This document shows, piece after piece, positions 1 through 9,437 of a stretch of DNA of 64,000 bases. Source of the stretch: Candidatus Thorarchaeota archaeon (lineage in GTDB: Archaea; Asgardarchaeota; Thorarchaeia; Thorarchaeales; Thorarchaeaceae); the NCBI GenBank assembly GCA_019057475.1, contig DXJO01000038.1:1-64000 (forward strand), written 5' to 3'. How positions within the stretch are numbered: the first letter of the stretch is position 1; each line of letters opens with the position of its first letter. A model generated the notes under the pieces. It worked only from the letters and a program-made list of their open reading frames with translations. It did not search any database and was not told the origin of the DNA. Made by a program: the position numbers and the translations under genes.

Positions 1-1008
1 GGCTCTGTTGCATAAGTTGTGTAATACTCGGGTACAAGGAGAGGGAGGGGTGGGACTGCCATTGATAAACCATGACCCTGTCGTACGACCAGGCCTATGA
101 TATGGCAGTCATCCACCACTATGACTTTGTACCCGCCCTCCTTATGAGCATTTGTAACATCCTCCCGCTCCCCAAGAGTCGTACTGGTCGTCCTCCGACC
201 TATCCTCTCTCCTCACTCGTTGTCCTCCTAGCATTGATGATCCACTCTGGAATGACCTATCGCAAGTTCTGTGCCCACCTCCACCGTGACGAACAACTAC
301 TCCTCCAACTTGACATTCCTCGAGCTCCCCACTACTCCACTCTCAACCGGGCCATGGACCGAGTCCCTCCTGAAGTTCTTCAACGCATGGTCAGACTGAT
401 CGCATCCACTCAACCTCCTCCTCGAAGAGTGGCGGCGGACTCCACTGGAATGAGTCACTCAACTGGAGGAGAGTGGTTCTCTGTGAGGTGCCAGGAGGCC
501 CGTAGAAGGCGTTTCACTGGGCTCCACGCAGTGGTGGATGTTGACACACTGATGGTGACCTCGGTGAAGGTCAGAGACCGACCTGGGGGAGATGCAAGGA
601 TGCTGATCCCACTGCTCAAGGGGATGTGGGCAGACGAGCTTGAGGTGGTCTATGGTGACAAGGCGTACCTGTCGAGAATCAATGTGACTCACATTCACAG
701 TCTGGGTGCAAGAGCTGTGATCGAACCGAAGAGGGGGCTGACTGGGAAGGCCCGAGGACACAGGGAATACGCAAGGCTGGTGAAGGAGTATCGAAGAGAC
801 CCAGATGGATGGAAGGAGAAGTACGAGTACGGGAAGAGGAGTCTGGTGGAGTGTGTGTTCGGAGCAATGAAGGTGAAGTTCGGAGGAACATTGAGGTCAA
901 GGCTTGACAACAGGAGGGTTGCGGAGACCCTGCTCAAGGTGGTGATATACAATGCAGAGCGTGCAAACTACTTCTCATGGTCCAACCCATGAGTTACGCA
1001 ACAGAGCC
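1..1008 (+). mobile_element. IS5-family (IS903-like ends) insertion sequence
   Basis: 18-bp imperfect terminal inverted repeats: GGCTCTGTTGCATAAGTT (1-18) vs GAGTTACGCAACAGAGCC (991-1008), 15/18 match, enclosing one DDE transposase. The left flank is outside the window, so the target duplication cannot be seen. Confidence 0.9.
72..992 (+). CDS. IS5-family DDE transposase
   Basis: Motifs AADSTG, YGDKAY, YGKRSLVECVFGAMK (DDE_Tnp_1 pattern). Confidence 0.92.
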   Translation: MTLSYDQAYDMAVIHHYDFVPALLMSICNILPLPKSRTGRPPTYPLSSLVVLLALMIHSGMTYRKFCAHLHRDEQLLLQLDIPRAPHYSTLNRAMDRVPPEVLQRMVRLIASTQPPPRRVAADSTGMSHSTGGEWFSVRCQEARRRRFTGLHAVVDVDTLMVTSVKVRDRPGGDARMLIPLLKGMWADELEVVYGDKAYLSRINVTHIHSLGARAVIEPKRGLTGKARGHREYARLVKEYRRDPDGWKEKYEYGKRSLVECVFGAMKVKFGGTLRSRLDNRRVAETLLKVVIYNAERANYFSWSNP

Positions 1009-1099
1009 AGCCACAAGAATAAGTTTATATCAGCAGCAAAATGCGGAGGGGAATACACGGTTTCTCAAGCTCCTATGAGAATTGTAAGAGGCTATCCTG

Positions 1100-1561
1100 A
1101 TGGCAAGAATGCACACTAGACGCAAAGGTCAGTCTGGAAGCAAGCGTCCCTCAACACTACGCGCGCCAGAGTGGATTGACAAGGAAAAGGATGCAAAGTG
1201 GGTTGAAGCCAAGGTTGTTGAGCTTGCCAAGGCTGGGAACACTCCTTCAATGATAGGGCTAATCCTTCGCGATCAATATGGCATACCATTAGTAAAAGTG
1301 ATAGCAGGCAAACGGATTCTTGATATTTTGCGCGAGAACGAGCTCGAGAGAAGAGTTCCTGAGGACCTTCGCAATATGATTGCAAGAGCCGTTACAATGC
1401 GTAAACATTTTGAAGAGAACAAGAAGGATTATTCCGCCAAGCGCAGCATTCAACTTATTGAAAGCAAGATACACCGGCTGTCTAAGTACTATAAGAAGAC
1501 CCATGTTCTGCCCCCCGATTTCAAGTATACTCCAGCCGAAGCTGCCTTACTCTTGAGATAA
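1100..1561 (+). CDS. rps15: 30S ribosomal protein uS15 (S15/S13e)
   Basis: MARMHTRRKGQSGSKRP, IGLILRDQYGIP, LIESKIHRLSKYYK. Confidence 0.97.
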   Translation: MARMHTRRKGQSGSKRPSTLRAPEWIDKEKDAKWVEAKVVELAKAGNTPSMIGLILRDQYGIPLVKVIAGKRILDILRENELERRVPEDLRNMIARAVTMRKHFEENKKDYSAKRSIQLIESKIHRLSKYYKKTHVLPPDFKYTPAEAALLLR

Positions 1562-1595
1562 TCTTATCACACTGAGCAAGTTCCTTTGAACTGAA

Positions 1596-2942
1596 ATGAG
1601 TAAGAAAGCTCGGGGGTCCTCTAGTTTCAAGTCACTTGAAAAACAGTCAGAACAAGTCATCTTCAGGAAGGACGAGCGCATCCTCATTCTCAGCTCCCCA
1701 CATCCCGAAGCAACCCTATCTGCTGCGCTGCTCTCTATAGCGATTCTGAGGTCCAACAGGCCCGTTCACATCACTTTCGTTCATCCTCATCTGGACATTG
1801 AAGAAATTAACAAAATACGGAAGATACACCCCAACTCTGCTGTTATTGCTGTGGGGATTGAGGTCTTTGGGAAAAGGCGCTTGAAGAAGGGAACGAGCTA
1901 TCCTGTGTTCATAGGCGGGATGTTCCATTCTGAGCATAATGAGTTGCCAAGCATTGGAACTGCAAGTGACGTTGCAGTATCAGCTTTTATTCTAGCCAAA
2001 GAGAAATTCAAAACAAATGACAGAGCACTCCAGCTCGCTGCCGCAGGCATATTGATTTCCAACACCTCAAATATGCCTATCAAGGGTGCATCACGAAGAG
2101 TTGTTTCACTAGCTGAAAAGGGAGGTCTATTGAAAGAAAGGAAGGGATTCAAGTTGTTTGGAAGCAACTTTCTTCCAGTGATCAATGCCCTCCTGTATAG
2201 CACTTTCCCATACTTGAAGGGCATCAGTGGAGTCCAAGAGAGATGCGAGCATATCCTTGAAGAAGCGAATATTCCGATATCCAAGCGTCGAGGTCCCATA
2301 ACCGCACTGGATACGAAAGAGGCACAACGTCTGACCTCACAACTTATTCCCAACCTCGATTCAACCGCAATTCCGGGTGTCCTTGGGCAAGATTTTACCT
2401 TTCCAACAGAAAGTGAAGAAAGTCCCCTGCGCTTCCTGTCGGGAATCAAAGTACTCTCACAATCGGCATGGAGTAGATGGGATTTAGGGGCCTCCGTCGC
2501 AGTATGGATGGGCGACCGTGCTAGGACATTGAGGTCGTTTATTGACTCGCACATGGCTCATACCCGCGATGTGATTGCAGGCATGCAGAACCTAGCATCA
2601 TCTCTTGACAAAACAACTTCTGAAGGCAGCGATCTGGATGAGGTTGTGACAATTCCACTTGTTGGAACGCACGAATCTGTGCTTCCTGACGTTGCACGAA
2701 TCGCTCTGCAATCATATCCTGTTAACAGAGATGGGTTTGTGATGCTAACCACAGAGGCTTGCACCGAAGTTGCTTGGGATGCCAAGAAAGCGAATCTTCA
2801 CCGAGTTACCAAAGCTATGAATAGTCTTGGACTGGTTTCAGTACCAACCTCAGCTAGCTCTCTCAAGCTGGAAATAACATCGCCAAGTGAACAGAGAACA
2901 GTTGCAGATGCCCTATGTTCTCTTGGGAGTAGCCGCTCATGA
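1596..2942 (+). CDS. RecJ/GAN (Cdc45-like) DHH-family protein, catalytic motifs degenerate
   Basis: Lies between rps15 and pcc1, as GAN does in other archaea. Recognisable central motif (LLYSTFPYLKGISG), but no DxD or DHH motif. Confidence 0.75.
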   Translation: MSKKARGSSSFKSLEKQSEQVIFRKDERILILSSPHPEATLSAALLSIAILRSNRPVHITFVHPHLDIEEINKIRKIHPNSAVIAVGIEVFGKRRLKKGTSYPVFIGGMFHSEHNELPSIGTASDVAVSAFILAKEKFKTNDRALQLAAAGILISNTSNMPIKGASRRVVSLAEKGGLLKERKGFKLFGSNFLPVINALLYSTFPYLKGISGVQERCEHILEEANIPISKRRGPITALDTKEAQRLTSQLIPNLDSTAIPGVLGQDFTFPTESEESPLRFLSGIKVLSQSAWSRWDLGASVAVWMGDRARTLRSFIDSHMAHTRDVIAGMQNLASSLDKTTSEGSDLDEVVTIPLVGTHESVLPDVARIALQSYPVNRDGFVMLTTEACTEVAWDAKKANLHRVTKAMNSLGLVSVPTSASSLKLEITSPSEQRTVADALCSLGSSRS

Positions 2943-3181
2943 TGAGAATCAACTTGACCATTAACTTCACAGATGACATACATGCAGTCAGAGTACTGGA
3001 GTCGGTGTCACCTGACAACATGCCTTTGCCGCCCGGGTTGGAGATTGAGATGATTAGAAGCGGCAAAACACTTTCATGTGTGATAGAATCCACCCGCGGG
3101 CTGGACAGCTTGAGGGCCACCTTGGAGGACTTGACATCAGCGATTGATCTTACATTGAGAACACATGAAGCAATCGACTGA
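2939..3181 (+). CDS. pcc1: KEOPS complex subunit Pcc1
   Basis: 80 aa with SVSPDN and SLRATLEDL motifs; conserved position. Confidence 0.85.
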   Translation: MMRINLTINFTDDIHAVRVLESVSPDNMPLPPGLEIEMIRSGKTLSCVIESTRGLDSLRATLEDLTSAIDLTLRTHEAID

Positions 3182-3206
3182 TGCGCCTCGATTTTCAGCA
3201 ATCTAT

Positions 3207-4691
3207 TCATTGCACAATGCTGCCACTGAGCTCCATGCATATGGCTTCGGCCTTTTCCTTAGCCTGATTTGCCATATCTTGTGCGATGAAACCCCTTTGA
3301 ACTGCTCGCTTGAGCAGGTGTTGATCAATTACACGCGCTTTATCCCCTACAGGACTCACTACGTCTATTTCTAGGTCGACGTAACGGATTCTACTTGGGC
3401 TATTTCCATTGCTAGGATATAACTCGACTCCAGTATTGATATTCACGTAGGTGCCTTTCAGCTGATCATCGCGAGAGTAGTACTTGGTCACCAGAGTTAG
3501 AGCTCCCGGAATCACGTGAGTTATCGCATAATCGCCTTCATCACGAACAACATCGACATCATTGGTATGATTCGGAGCAATCTTCAGCTTGCGATTGGTA
3601 TGCCGGAACTGTCTTTTAATTAAAAGACCGCTTGGATTAACCTCAACAACTCGGCCTCTTGCCAAGATTATATTCCGACCGTCTAACTTAACGTGTTCGA
3701 TGTTTATGGCGTCATCAACCCTAGGCATGTCCCGACTGACTACCTTCTCCAGTTTGGAGGCGAAGTAAGCTCTCTCACTCGGGCGGTCCTCTATCACCAT
3801 CTCTGCAAATTCTACGAGCGGTACGTATCCAGCACTCATGTAGAAGTGATGTCGGTCAAGTGTGGGTCTAATTTCTCCTCGAATCTTGTCGAGCGCCTTT
3901 TTGACCTCCGCTGGGAATTCGATGTCAGCATTGCTTGTACCCTCAAAGACGAGCCCCGGAGAGGATCTCTCAGTGTACATAGAATGAACATGTTGAGCAG
4001 AGTCTAACAGATAATCCACTTCATCGCGAAGCTCCTCCTCAGTCAGTCCCTCAGCTGCAGTCCTCCATAGTATCCCCCAGTTCTCAGTGTGTTCCCGAAT
4101 TCTCCTTCCCAAAGCTATCAGGTCATCTCGTGTTTCGGGATCCTTGATCTTGGTGCTAAGTCGAACCACAGGCTCTGGAAGAAGAACGGCTGAACGACCA
4201 GGAATGGTGATACTTGAGGAGAGAACGGGTGCTCTACGTCCATAATCGTGTGCCCGAATTTGCACCATGACGTGAGACCCCGGTTTGAAATCCCTGCTAG
4301 GGAGCAGGCCAGATAACTCTCCAAGATCAACTCTGGTCTGACCAGTTCTCTCATCCCTCCCTAAAACACAACCCTTGTAGATGGAGCTTTTCGCCACTCT
4401 GGGTGTTCGCGTGATGACCCATCCGAGACGCCTTCGCAGTACATCGGTGATTTTTGTCAATATTTCCTCGTAGGCAATAGCCACAATACCCTGAAGGTCG
4501 CTCCTGTCCCATATGTCAACATCTGGAATTTCCCTTCGGAAGGGCAGTCCAAATCTTCTGGCAACCTCAGGGATGGGTTGTACAATCTCGAAATGATTCT
4601 GTAACAGAATCTGAGTCAGAGACTGCGAATAGATTCCTCTTATCCTTGCTTTTATCATAGACAAACACTGGCCCGGACCACTAACCGCCAA
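3207..4691 (-). CDS. fau-1: FAU-1 RNA-binding ribonuclease (RNase E/G-like + DUF402)
   Basis: ARIRGIYS at the N terminus, WGILWRTAA, YVNINTGVELYP...IRYVDLEIDVV. Confidence 0.88.
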   Translation of the reverse strand: MAVSGPGQCLSMIKARIRGIYSQSLTQILLQNHFEIVQPIPEVARRFGLPFRREIPDVDIWDRSDLQGIVAIAYEEILTKITDVLRRRLGWVITRTPRVAKSSIYKGCVLGRDERTGQTRVDLGELSGLLPSRDFKPGSHVMVQIRAHDYGRRAPVLSSSITIPGRSAVLLPEPVVRLSTKIKDPETRDDLIALGRRIREHTENWGILWRTAAEGLTEEELRDEVDYLLDSAQHVHSMYTERSSPGLVFEGTSNADIEFPAEVKKALDKIRGEIRPTLDRHHFYMSAGYVPLVEFAEMVIEDRPSERAYFASKLEKVVSRDMPRVDDAINIEHVKLDGRNIILARGRVVEVNPSGLLIKRQFRHTNRKLKIAPNHTNDVDVVRDEGDYAITHVIPGALTLVTKYYSRDDQLKGTYVNINTGVELYPSNGNSPSRIRYVDLEIDVVSPVGDKARVIDQHLLKRAVQRGFIAQDMANQAKEKAEAICMELSGSIVQ

Positions 4692-4750
4692 CCACAGTCA
4701 CTAAGTAACCATGGCCAGCAGCAGGCTTTACTACTGAGCCCTTGAGGTAC

Positions 4751-5044
4751 CTAGTCGCGAATTGGCTCCAAGAGGCTGGACACGTGCCATATCTTTGTCC
4801 GTGCATGATTCGGACAGTTTGGGTCTTGACTTGGCTCGTCAAGAATTGAAATCACATTCTGCGCCCTTACTGCCGGAGAATCAACCTCATTTTCCAGAAC
4901 TGCAATAGCTTCATTGGCCGCTCGTCTTATGTTACGGGGAACTGAAGAATCCTCAGATATTCGTTTGAGTAAGTGTTTACTCTGATCTATACTTTTCTGC
5001 GTTTCGGGGTCCAAAGGACTCACCTCTAAATTGTCTTGACGCAC
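4751..5044 (-). CDS. UPF0147 family protein
   Basis: [13 protein letters not shown] and [13 protein letters not shown] motifs. Confidence 0.88.
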   Translation of the reverse strand: MRQDNLEVSPLDPETQKSIDQSKHLLKRISEDSSVPRNIRRAANEAIAVLENEVDSPAVRAQNVISILDEPSQDPNCPNHARTKIWHVSSLLEPIRD

Positions 5045-5225
5045 AGATGTAGTGCGAACAACAGAAGACTCTCACAGGACTGGACATATCAACGTTTTCA
5101 TAGATACGCCTCGTAGTAGGAGCATCCGACGATATTGTTTCTTCCGCAATATTGCCAACGTGAGAGTCTAGTCGTTGCGGCGTATTTATATCAAAAGGTC
5201 AGCATTCGCTTCCCGAGTGTCGAGG

Positions 5226-5579
5226 ATGACAAAACGAAACGACGCCTCAATCAAGAAGATGGCAGACCTGCTCCGGCAAGGCGCCACCATGCTCGCACAG
5301 GGATGTCCTCAATGTGGTTCTCCCCTGATGAAGATGGGTGATGACGTGTACTGCACAACATGTGATCGTCGCATAGTTGTCGTGGACTCTCAGGAGCAGG
5401 CTGAGTCACAAACAGTGAAGGCATTGATTCCCGAACTGCACGAAATTCTACTCAAGAAACTGAAGACCCTAAGCGATGTTATCGAAGCCGAGAATGACAC
5501 TGAGGCTTTGACGAAACTTGCCAACCTCATGGTGCTTTTACTGCAATCACTAGAACGACTTGAGGGCATAGCTCAGTGA
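5226..5579 (+). CDS. UPF0148 / autoantigen-p27-like Zn-ribbon protein
   Basis: MADLLRQGATML, CPQCGSPL...YCTTC; start moved to ATG 5226. Confidence 0.85.
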   Translation: MTKRNDASIKKMADLLRQGATMLAQGCPQCGSPLMKMGDDVYCTTCDRRIVVVDSQEQAESQTVKALIPELHEILLKKLKTLSDVIEAENDTEALTKLANLMVLLLQSLERLEGIAQ

Positions 5580-5612
5580 TCCCAACTCTGAAGGCGGCAG
5601 ACGATTCAAAGC

Positions 5613-6284
5613 CTACTCTTTCTTTTCCTTCTTGGAGCTCTTTGTCGTGCCGGCGCCTCTTCGGAGTCGGACACGTCTAGCTTTCACTTCCTCTGGACCC
5701 TTGAGCACCTTGCTCTTTCGAATCTCACAATTGCGAATAGGGATAATCACCTTGACTTCCTTGTAGACCTCAGAAGCAAGGTCTCCTAGCACGACCTTCT
5801 GAACTAGTTCATCAAAGACGTGTTTCTTGGCGTGAGCTCTAATGACTTTCTCAATAGCTTTTCTGACTGCGTGCTTCTGACTTGTCTTTGCGCGGCTCAT
5901 CGTGAATACTATCACGGATATGCGCATCAAATAGTCGTCTCGCGTGAGTATAGGGCCAATCCAGTCAATCCTTGAAGTTCCTCTCTTAACTAGCCCACGG
6001 AGGTGATCAGAACTCCATTCATGTCCGTGGAAAACGGTGTTGGCCTGCTGACCTGTGACCTCGAGAATCTTGAATCTTAGTTTCACGTGTATCTGCTCGA
6101 AATTACCCGTCAAGTCATATAGGGTGGGTTGAACTGTACGACCAACCAAGAGCTTGGGGCCGCTGGCGGGTGTGCTGCCTATGTCCTTATTATCGAAGTA
6201 ATTTGGTGCCAGAATCTGATACCAGGTCTTCTCTCGCCACTTATCTCGAGTCCTTGCTGCTGCTTGTCGGCTTTTTGAGGACAT
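5613..6284 (-). CDS. rps3ae: 30S ribosomal protein eS1 (S3Ae)
   Basis: DKWREKTWYQILAP, IIPIRNCEIRKSKVL; start likely 6284 or 6290. Confidence 0.95.
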   Translation of the reverse strand: MSSKSRQAAARTRDKWREKTWYQILAPNYFDNKDIGSTPASGPKLLVGRTVQPTLYDLTGNFEQIHVKLRFKILEVTGQQANTVFHGHEWSSDHLRGLVKRGTSRIDWIGPILTRDDYLMRISVIVFTMSRAKTSQKHAVRKAIEKVIRAHAKKHVFDELVQKVVLGDLASEVYKEVKVIIPIRNCEIRKSKVLKGPEEVKARRVRLRRGAGTTKSSKKEKKE

Positions 6285-6500
6285 ATTCATATCACACTCA
6301 CTGGAACCATTCTGGTAAGTCCAGAGAATCACATTCGGACCCCGGTTATCCCGGGAACCGCGCGAACGTCAAATGAGGCGAATAAAAAGATTGTGACGTG
6401 AACTCACAATCTGAAATAAATAACCGGCTCAGCAGTTCTTCAGCACTTCACAATAAAGCTATTATGATGATATGAGCTAGGGCTGGTGGAGCTATCTAAA

Positions 6501-6632
6501 ATGGAAGAGAGCTGTCCCCGCTGTGGATACAATGAAGCTGCCCAAGTGCGAAAGGAAATGATTGAAGGTGGGGGCTACCGACGTCAGTTTCGTTGCCCGC
6601 GATGTAGTCACGTTTGGGAGAAAAAAGACTGA
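6501..6632 (+). CDS. 43-aa Zn-ribbon microprotein (not in ORF track)
   Basis: Translated by hand: MEESCPRCGYNEAAQVRKEMIEGGGYRRQFRCPRCSHVWEKKD*. Two CPxC motifs; GGTGGAG SD-like sequence at 6485-6491. Confidence 0.75.
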   Translation: MEESCPRCGYNEAAQVRKEMIEGGGYRRQFRCPRCSHVWEKKD

Positions 6633-6739
6633 TTCGATGCAAGGCCCGAAGCCTTCCTTGAGGGGCAGTCCACGCACATCTGTCTGCCAGTAGTGACAAA
6701 ACCATTATATCTCATCCATTTTCACCTTCTTTCACTGAT

Positions 6740-6827
6740 GCGGAGGTAGCCAAGCCAGGTTAAAGGCGCAGGACTTAGGATCCTGTTTCGTAGGAGTTCG
6801 CGAGTTCAAATCTCGCCCTCCGCACCA
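6740..6827 (+). tRNA. tRNA-Leu(TAG)
   Basis: Cloverleaf GCGGAGG...CCTCCGC-ACCA, anticodon arm CAGGA-CT-TAG-GA-TCCTG, long variable arm, GTTCAAATC T-loop. Confidence 0.95.
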
Positions 6828-6928
6828 TTTACTCTTTTCAAAATAGCCTGCAGAGGTTCCTACTAGCGGAAAATTGATATTAAACCTAGAATACCGCATG
6901 ATTGTAACCATTCCGGTCGGGGATTTTC

Positions 6929-7426
6929 TTGCAGAAGCAATCGCGTTTGTCACTTTTCGTGATGTTTTCGAGCGCGTTCTTGCCTTACGGCGTAGTGACA
7001 ACTGACACGGCGGCTATGTCCACGAATCAATATTGGCTATTCCCCTTCTGGATGTACTTACATGGCTTTGGAGAATGGCTGGGCCTTGGCATAATTATTC
7101 CTCCATTTGTACCCGCATACCCTCTTCCGTTGCTATTCTTGGGTTTGCTGTGGATTGTGCTTGGTTTCTATATTTGCAGGGTATTACATCAATTCTATGC
7201 AGGTCAGATTGAGGCAAAGTCAGCTTGGTTGTCAACACTCGGTGTATTGGTGTTTCAGATAATAATGACAATTTCCGTTGTCCTCGTCGCAATATCGGGT
7301 TACTGGATCATTCTAATTATTCCTCTGCCAATCCATACCCTCATCGTAATGGTTCTACTCAAGGTTGAAATCCGGCGAGTAGACGGCAATCCTGTGTCTT
7401 GGTGGCCAAAAAGCAGCCAAACCTGA
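6929..7426 (+). CDS. hypothetical multi-pass membrane protein
   Basis: 165 aa with 4-5 hydrophobic segments. Confidence 0.65.
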   Translation: MQKQSRLSLFVMFSSAFLPYGVVTTDTAAMSTNQYWLFPFWMYLHGFGEWLGLGIIIPPFVPAYPLPLLFLGLLWIVLGFYICRVLHQFYAGQIEAKSAWLSTLGVLVFQIIMTISVVLVAISGYWIILIIPLPIHTLIVMVLLKVEIRRVDGNPVSWWPKSSQT

Positions 7427-7433
7427 GATTAAT

Positions 7434-7461
7434 GAATTCAAGTCTCGCCTCCCGCACCATT
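7434..7461 (+). repeat. degenerate direct repeat of tRNA-Leu 3' end (att-like remnant)
   Basis: GAATTCAAGTCTCGCCTCCCGCACCATT vs GAGTTCAAATCTCGCCCTCCGCACCATT at 6802-6829. Confidence 0.75.
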
Positions 7462-7516
7462 CATTCTATCTTGAATACAAAACATTCATCTTATCACCTA
7501 CATCGTCTTCATTTTC

Positions 7517-7858
7517 ATGAAATACGTGTTCCTAGCCACTGAAGACAACAAGATGCAGCTCATGCACATCCTTCTCAACGCGAATCATTTCCATGATTCA
7601 GGCCATATAGTCGCAGTAGTACTCGAATGCGCATCACCACGTCTACTCATAGGAATTGAAGACGGCTCGATCAAGCTCCCACTCTTCAGCAAGGCAATGG
7701 AGAATGGAATAATCGATCATGCATGCAAAGCGTGCACCGCCCAGTTTTCAGCAACTGAAGCCGCACAGAAACTGGGGGTCCCCATCATGGGAGAGCTCCA
7801 GGGTCACTCCAATCTTCTTCGTTTCGTTGAGGAGGGCTATTCAATCATCAGATTCTAA
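7517..7858 (+). CDS. DsrE/DsrF-like protein
   Basis: 113 aa with HILLNA, ACKACT and a C-terminal GYSIIRF pattern. Confidence 0.65.
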   Translation: MKYVFLATEDNKMQLMHILLNANHFHDSGHIVAVVLECASPRLLIGIEDGSIKLPLFSKAMENGIIDHACKACTAQFSATEAAQKLGVPIMGELQGHSNLLRFVEEGYSIIRF

Positions 7859-7882
7859 TTTCCTCTAGAAAATAATGGGTGA

Positions 7883-7984
7883 TGGCGCCGGGGAGGGGAC
7901 TCGAACCCCCGAGTCCGAAGACAGCGGTTGTCTCGGTTTGAAATCAATTCGAGACCGCCTCCGTAGCCGCTTGGATACCCCGGC
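7883..7984 (-). tRNA. tRNA-Ser(CGA) with 18-nt intron at position 37/38
   Basis: Reverse strand GCCGGGG...CCCCGGC-GCCA; anticodon arm GCGGT-CT-CGA-A-[intron 7930-7947]-A-ACCGC; CTCG/CGAG helix with 3-nt bulges (BHB-like). Confidence 0.9.
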
Positions 7985-8051
7985 TAGATTGCGACAATGC
8001 TGGCACTAGAGCCTATGAATTTAATGCTAATGGTGTCTATGAGAAATCGAA

Positions 8052-9437
8052 CTAGGGACTCTTACTCTCTTCAAGCGCCTGCTTCATCACATCTCTTGCG
8101 ACGTCTTCCAGTTTCTTCAGAGCCTTCTTGGTCTTGGCGCCAACATACAATCTGGCCTTTGGTTCAGTTCCCGAAACCCTAACCAAGACATAGGAATCGT
8201 CTTTGCACTCGATCCTGATTCCATCCTCTTCTAGAACTCTCTCCACTCCACTAATCCTTGGAACAAGCAATTCCTTCACCTTTGGGAGAAACAGCGGTTT
8301 CGCATTGTCAGGACATGGAAAGCTATCCCGTAATATTGGATACTCGGGCACTGTCTTCATCAATCTCACACAACTGCCATTTCCCTGTTCGCTGACCATC
8401 TGGGCGATTCTTGCCGCTCCAGTAATCCCATCCATCCATAGACCAAGTCTAGTGAAGATTGGCTTCCAAGGCTCTGATGCGAATACAATATCATCCGAAT
8501 TTGACGAGAAAGTTTCCTGCAACGAGCCCAAAGGTGCTCTGACGACTTTTCCGCCAGCGTTCCTGACCAGTTCGTCAATGACACTAGAGGTGTCGATTGA
8601 CACGACTACAGTTCCACCACCCTCTCTCTCCACCTCATCACGAGCGAAAAGCGCTATCACTCGATTCTGATCAATAAAGCGCCCCTTCTCGTCGATGACT
8701 GCAAGACGATCTCCGTCCCCATCATGACAGATGGTAACCCCAAAGTCAGAATCCGCTGCGAAACTCATAGCATCGCCTAAGTTTCGCGGCGCGGGTTCTG
8801 CAGGTCTTCCTGGAAAGTGACCGTCAGGATGCGAGTTCATGGTGATGACCGAAAAGCCCAGTTCTCGAAGAAGATCTGGAGTGTAGTTATAGGCTGCACC
8901 ATTAGCAGCGTCCACTAGAACTCGCACTCCGTCGCTTCTCCCTCCTCGTTCCAGAACAAAGGCCTTCACTCTCTCTAGGAAGGTCTGACGAATGTTCCAT
9001 CTTGAAATGCGACCTATGTCCTTCCAGGATGCAACTGTGAACTCGCCGCTGTTCACGCGTTCCTCAATGAACACCTCCTCAGATCTCACAAATTCACGAC
9101 CGCCTTTGAAAAACTTGAAACCATTGTCAGTCGGAGGATTGTGACTGGCAGTGATTACAACAGAGGCAGACACTCCGTTCATCGCGCTGTGAGCTCCTAC
9201 TGCAGGCATTGGAGCCCCTCCTAGATCAATCACATCCACCCCTGTAGAAACAACGCCTGCCACAAAGGAGTTACAAAGCATATCATTGGAGGTCCTAGCA
9301 TCTGTACCGACACCGACTACTCCTTGACCATCCAAAAACGTTCCCAACGCACGACCTAGTCCTAAGGCTAGATCCACCGTCACCTTGTTCGCAATACTGC
9401 CTCTGATTCCCGAGGTGCCGAAAATCTTCCCTGTCAA
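8052..9437 (-). CDS. phosphohexomutase (phosphoglucosamine mutase / PGM-PMM)
   Basis: FGTSGIRG, ITASHNP, HDGDGDR, RVSGTEP. Confidence 0.92.
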   Translation of the reverse strand: MTGKIFGTSGIRGSIANKVTVDLALGLGRALGTFLDGQGVVGVGTDARTSNDMLCNSFVAGVVSTGVDVIDLGGAPMPAVGAHSAMNGVSASVVITASHNPPTDNGFKFFKGGREFVRSEEVFIEERVNSGEFTVASWKDIGRISRWNIRQTFLERVKAFVLERGGRSDGVRVLVDAANGAAYNYTPDLLRELGFSVITMNSHPDGHFPGRPAEPAPRNLGDAMSFAADSDFGVTICHDGDGDRLAVIDEKGRFIDQNRVIALFARDEVEREGGGTVVVSIDTSSVIDELVRNAGGKVVRAPLGSLQETFSSNSDDIVFASEPWKPIFTRLGLWMDGITGAARIAQMVSEQGNGSCVRLMKTVPEYPILRDSFPCPDNAKPLFLPKVKELLVPRISGVERVLEEDGIRIECKDDSYVLVRVSGTEPKARLYVGAKTKKALKKLEDVARDVMKQALEESKSP

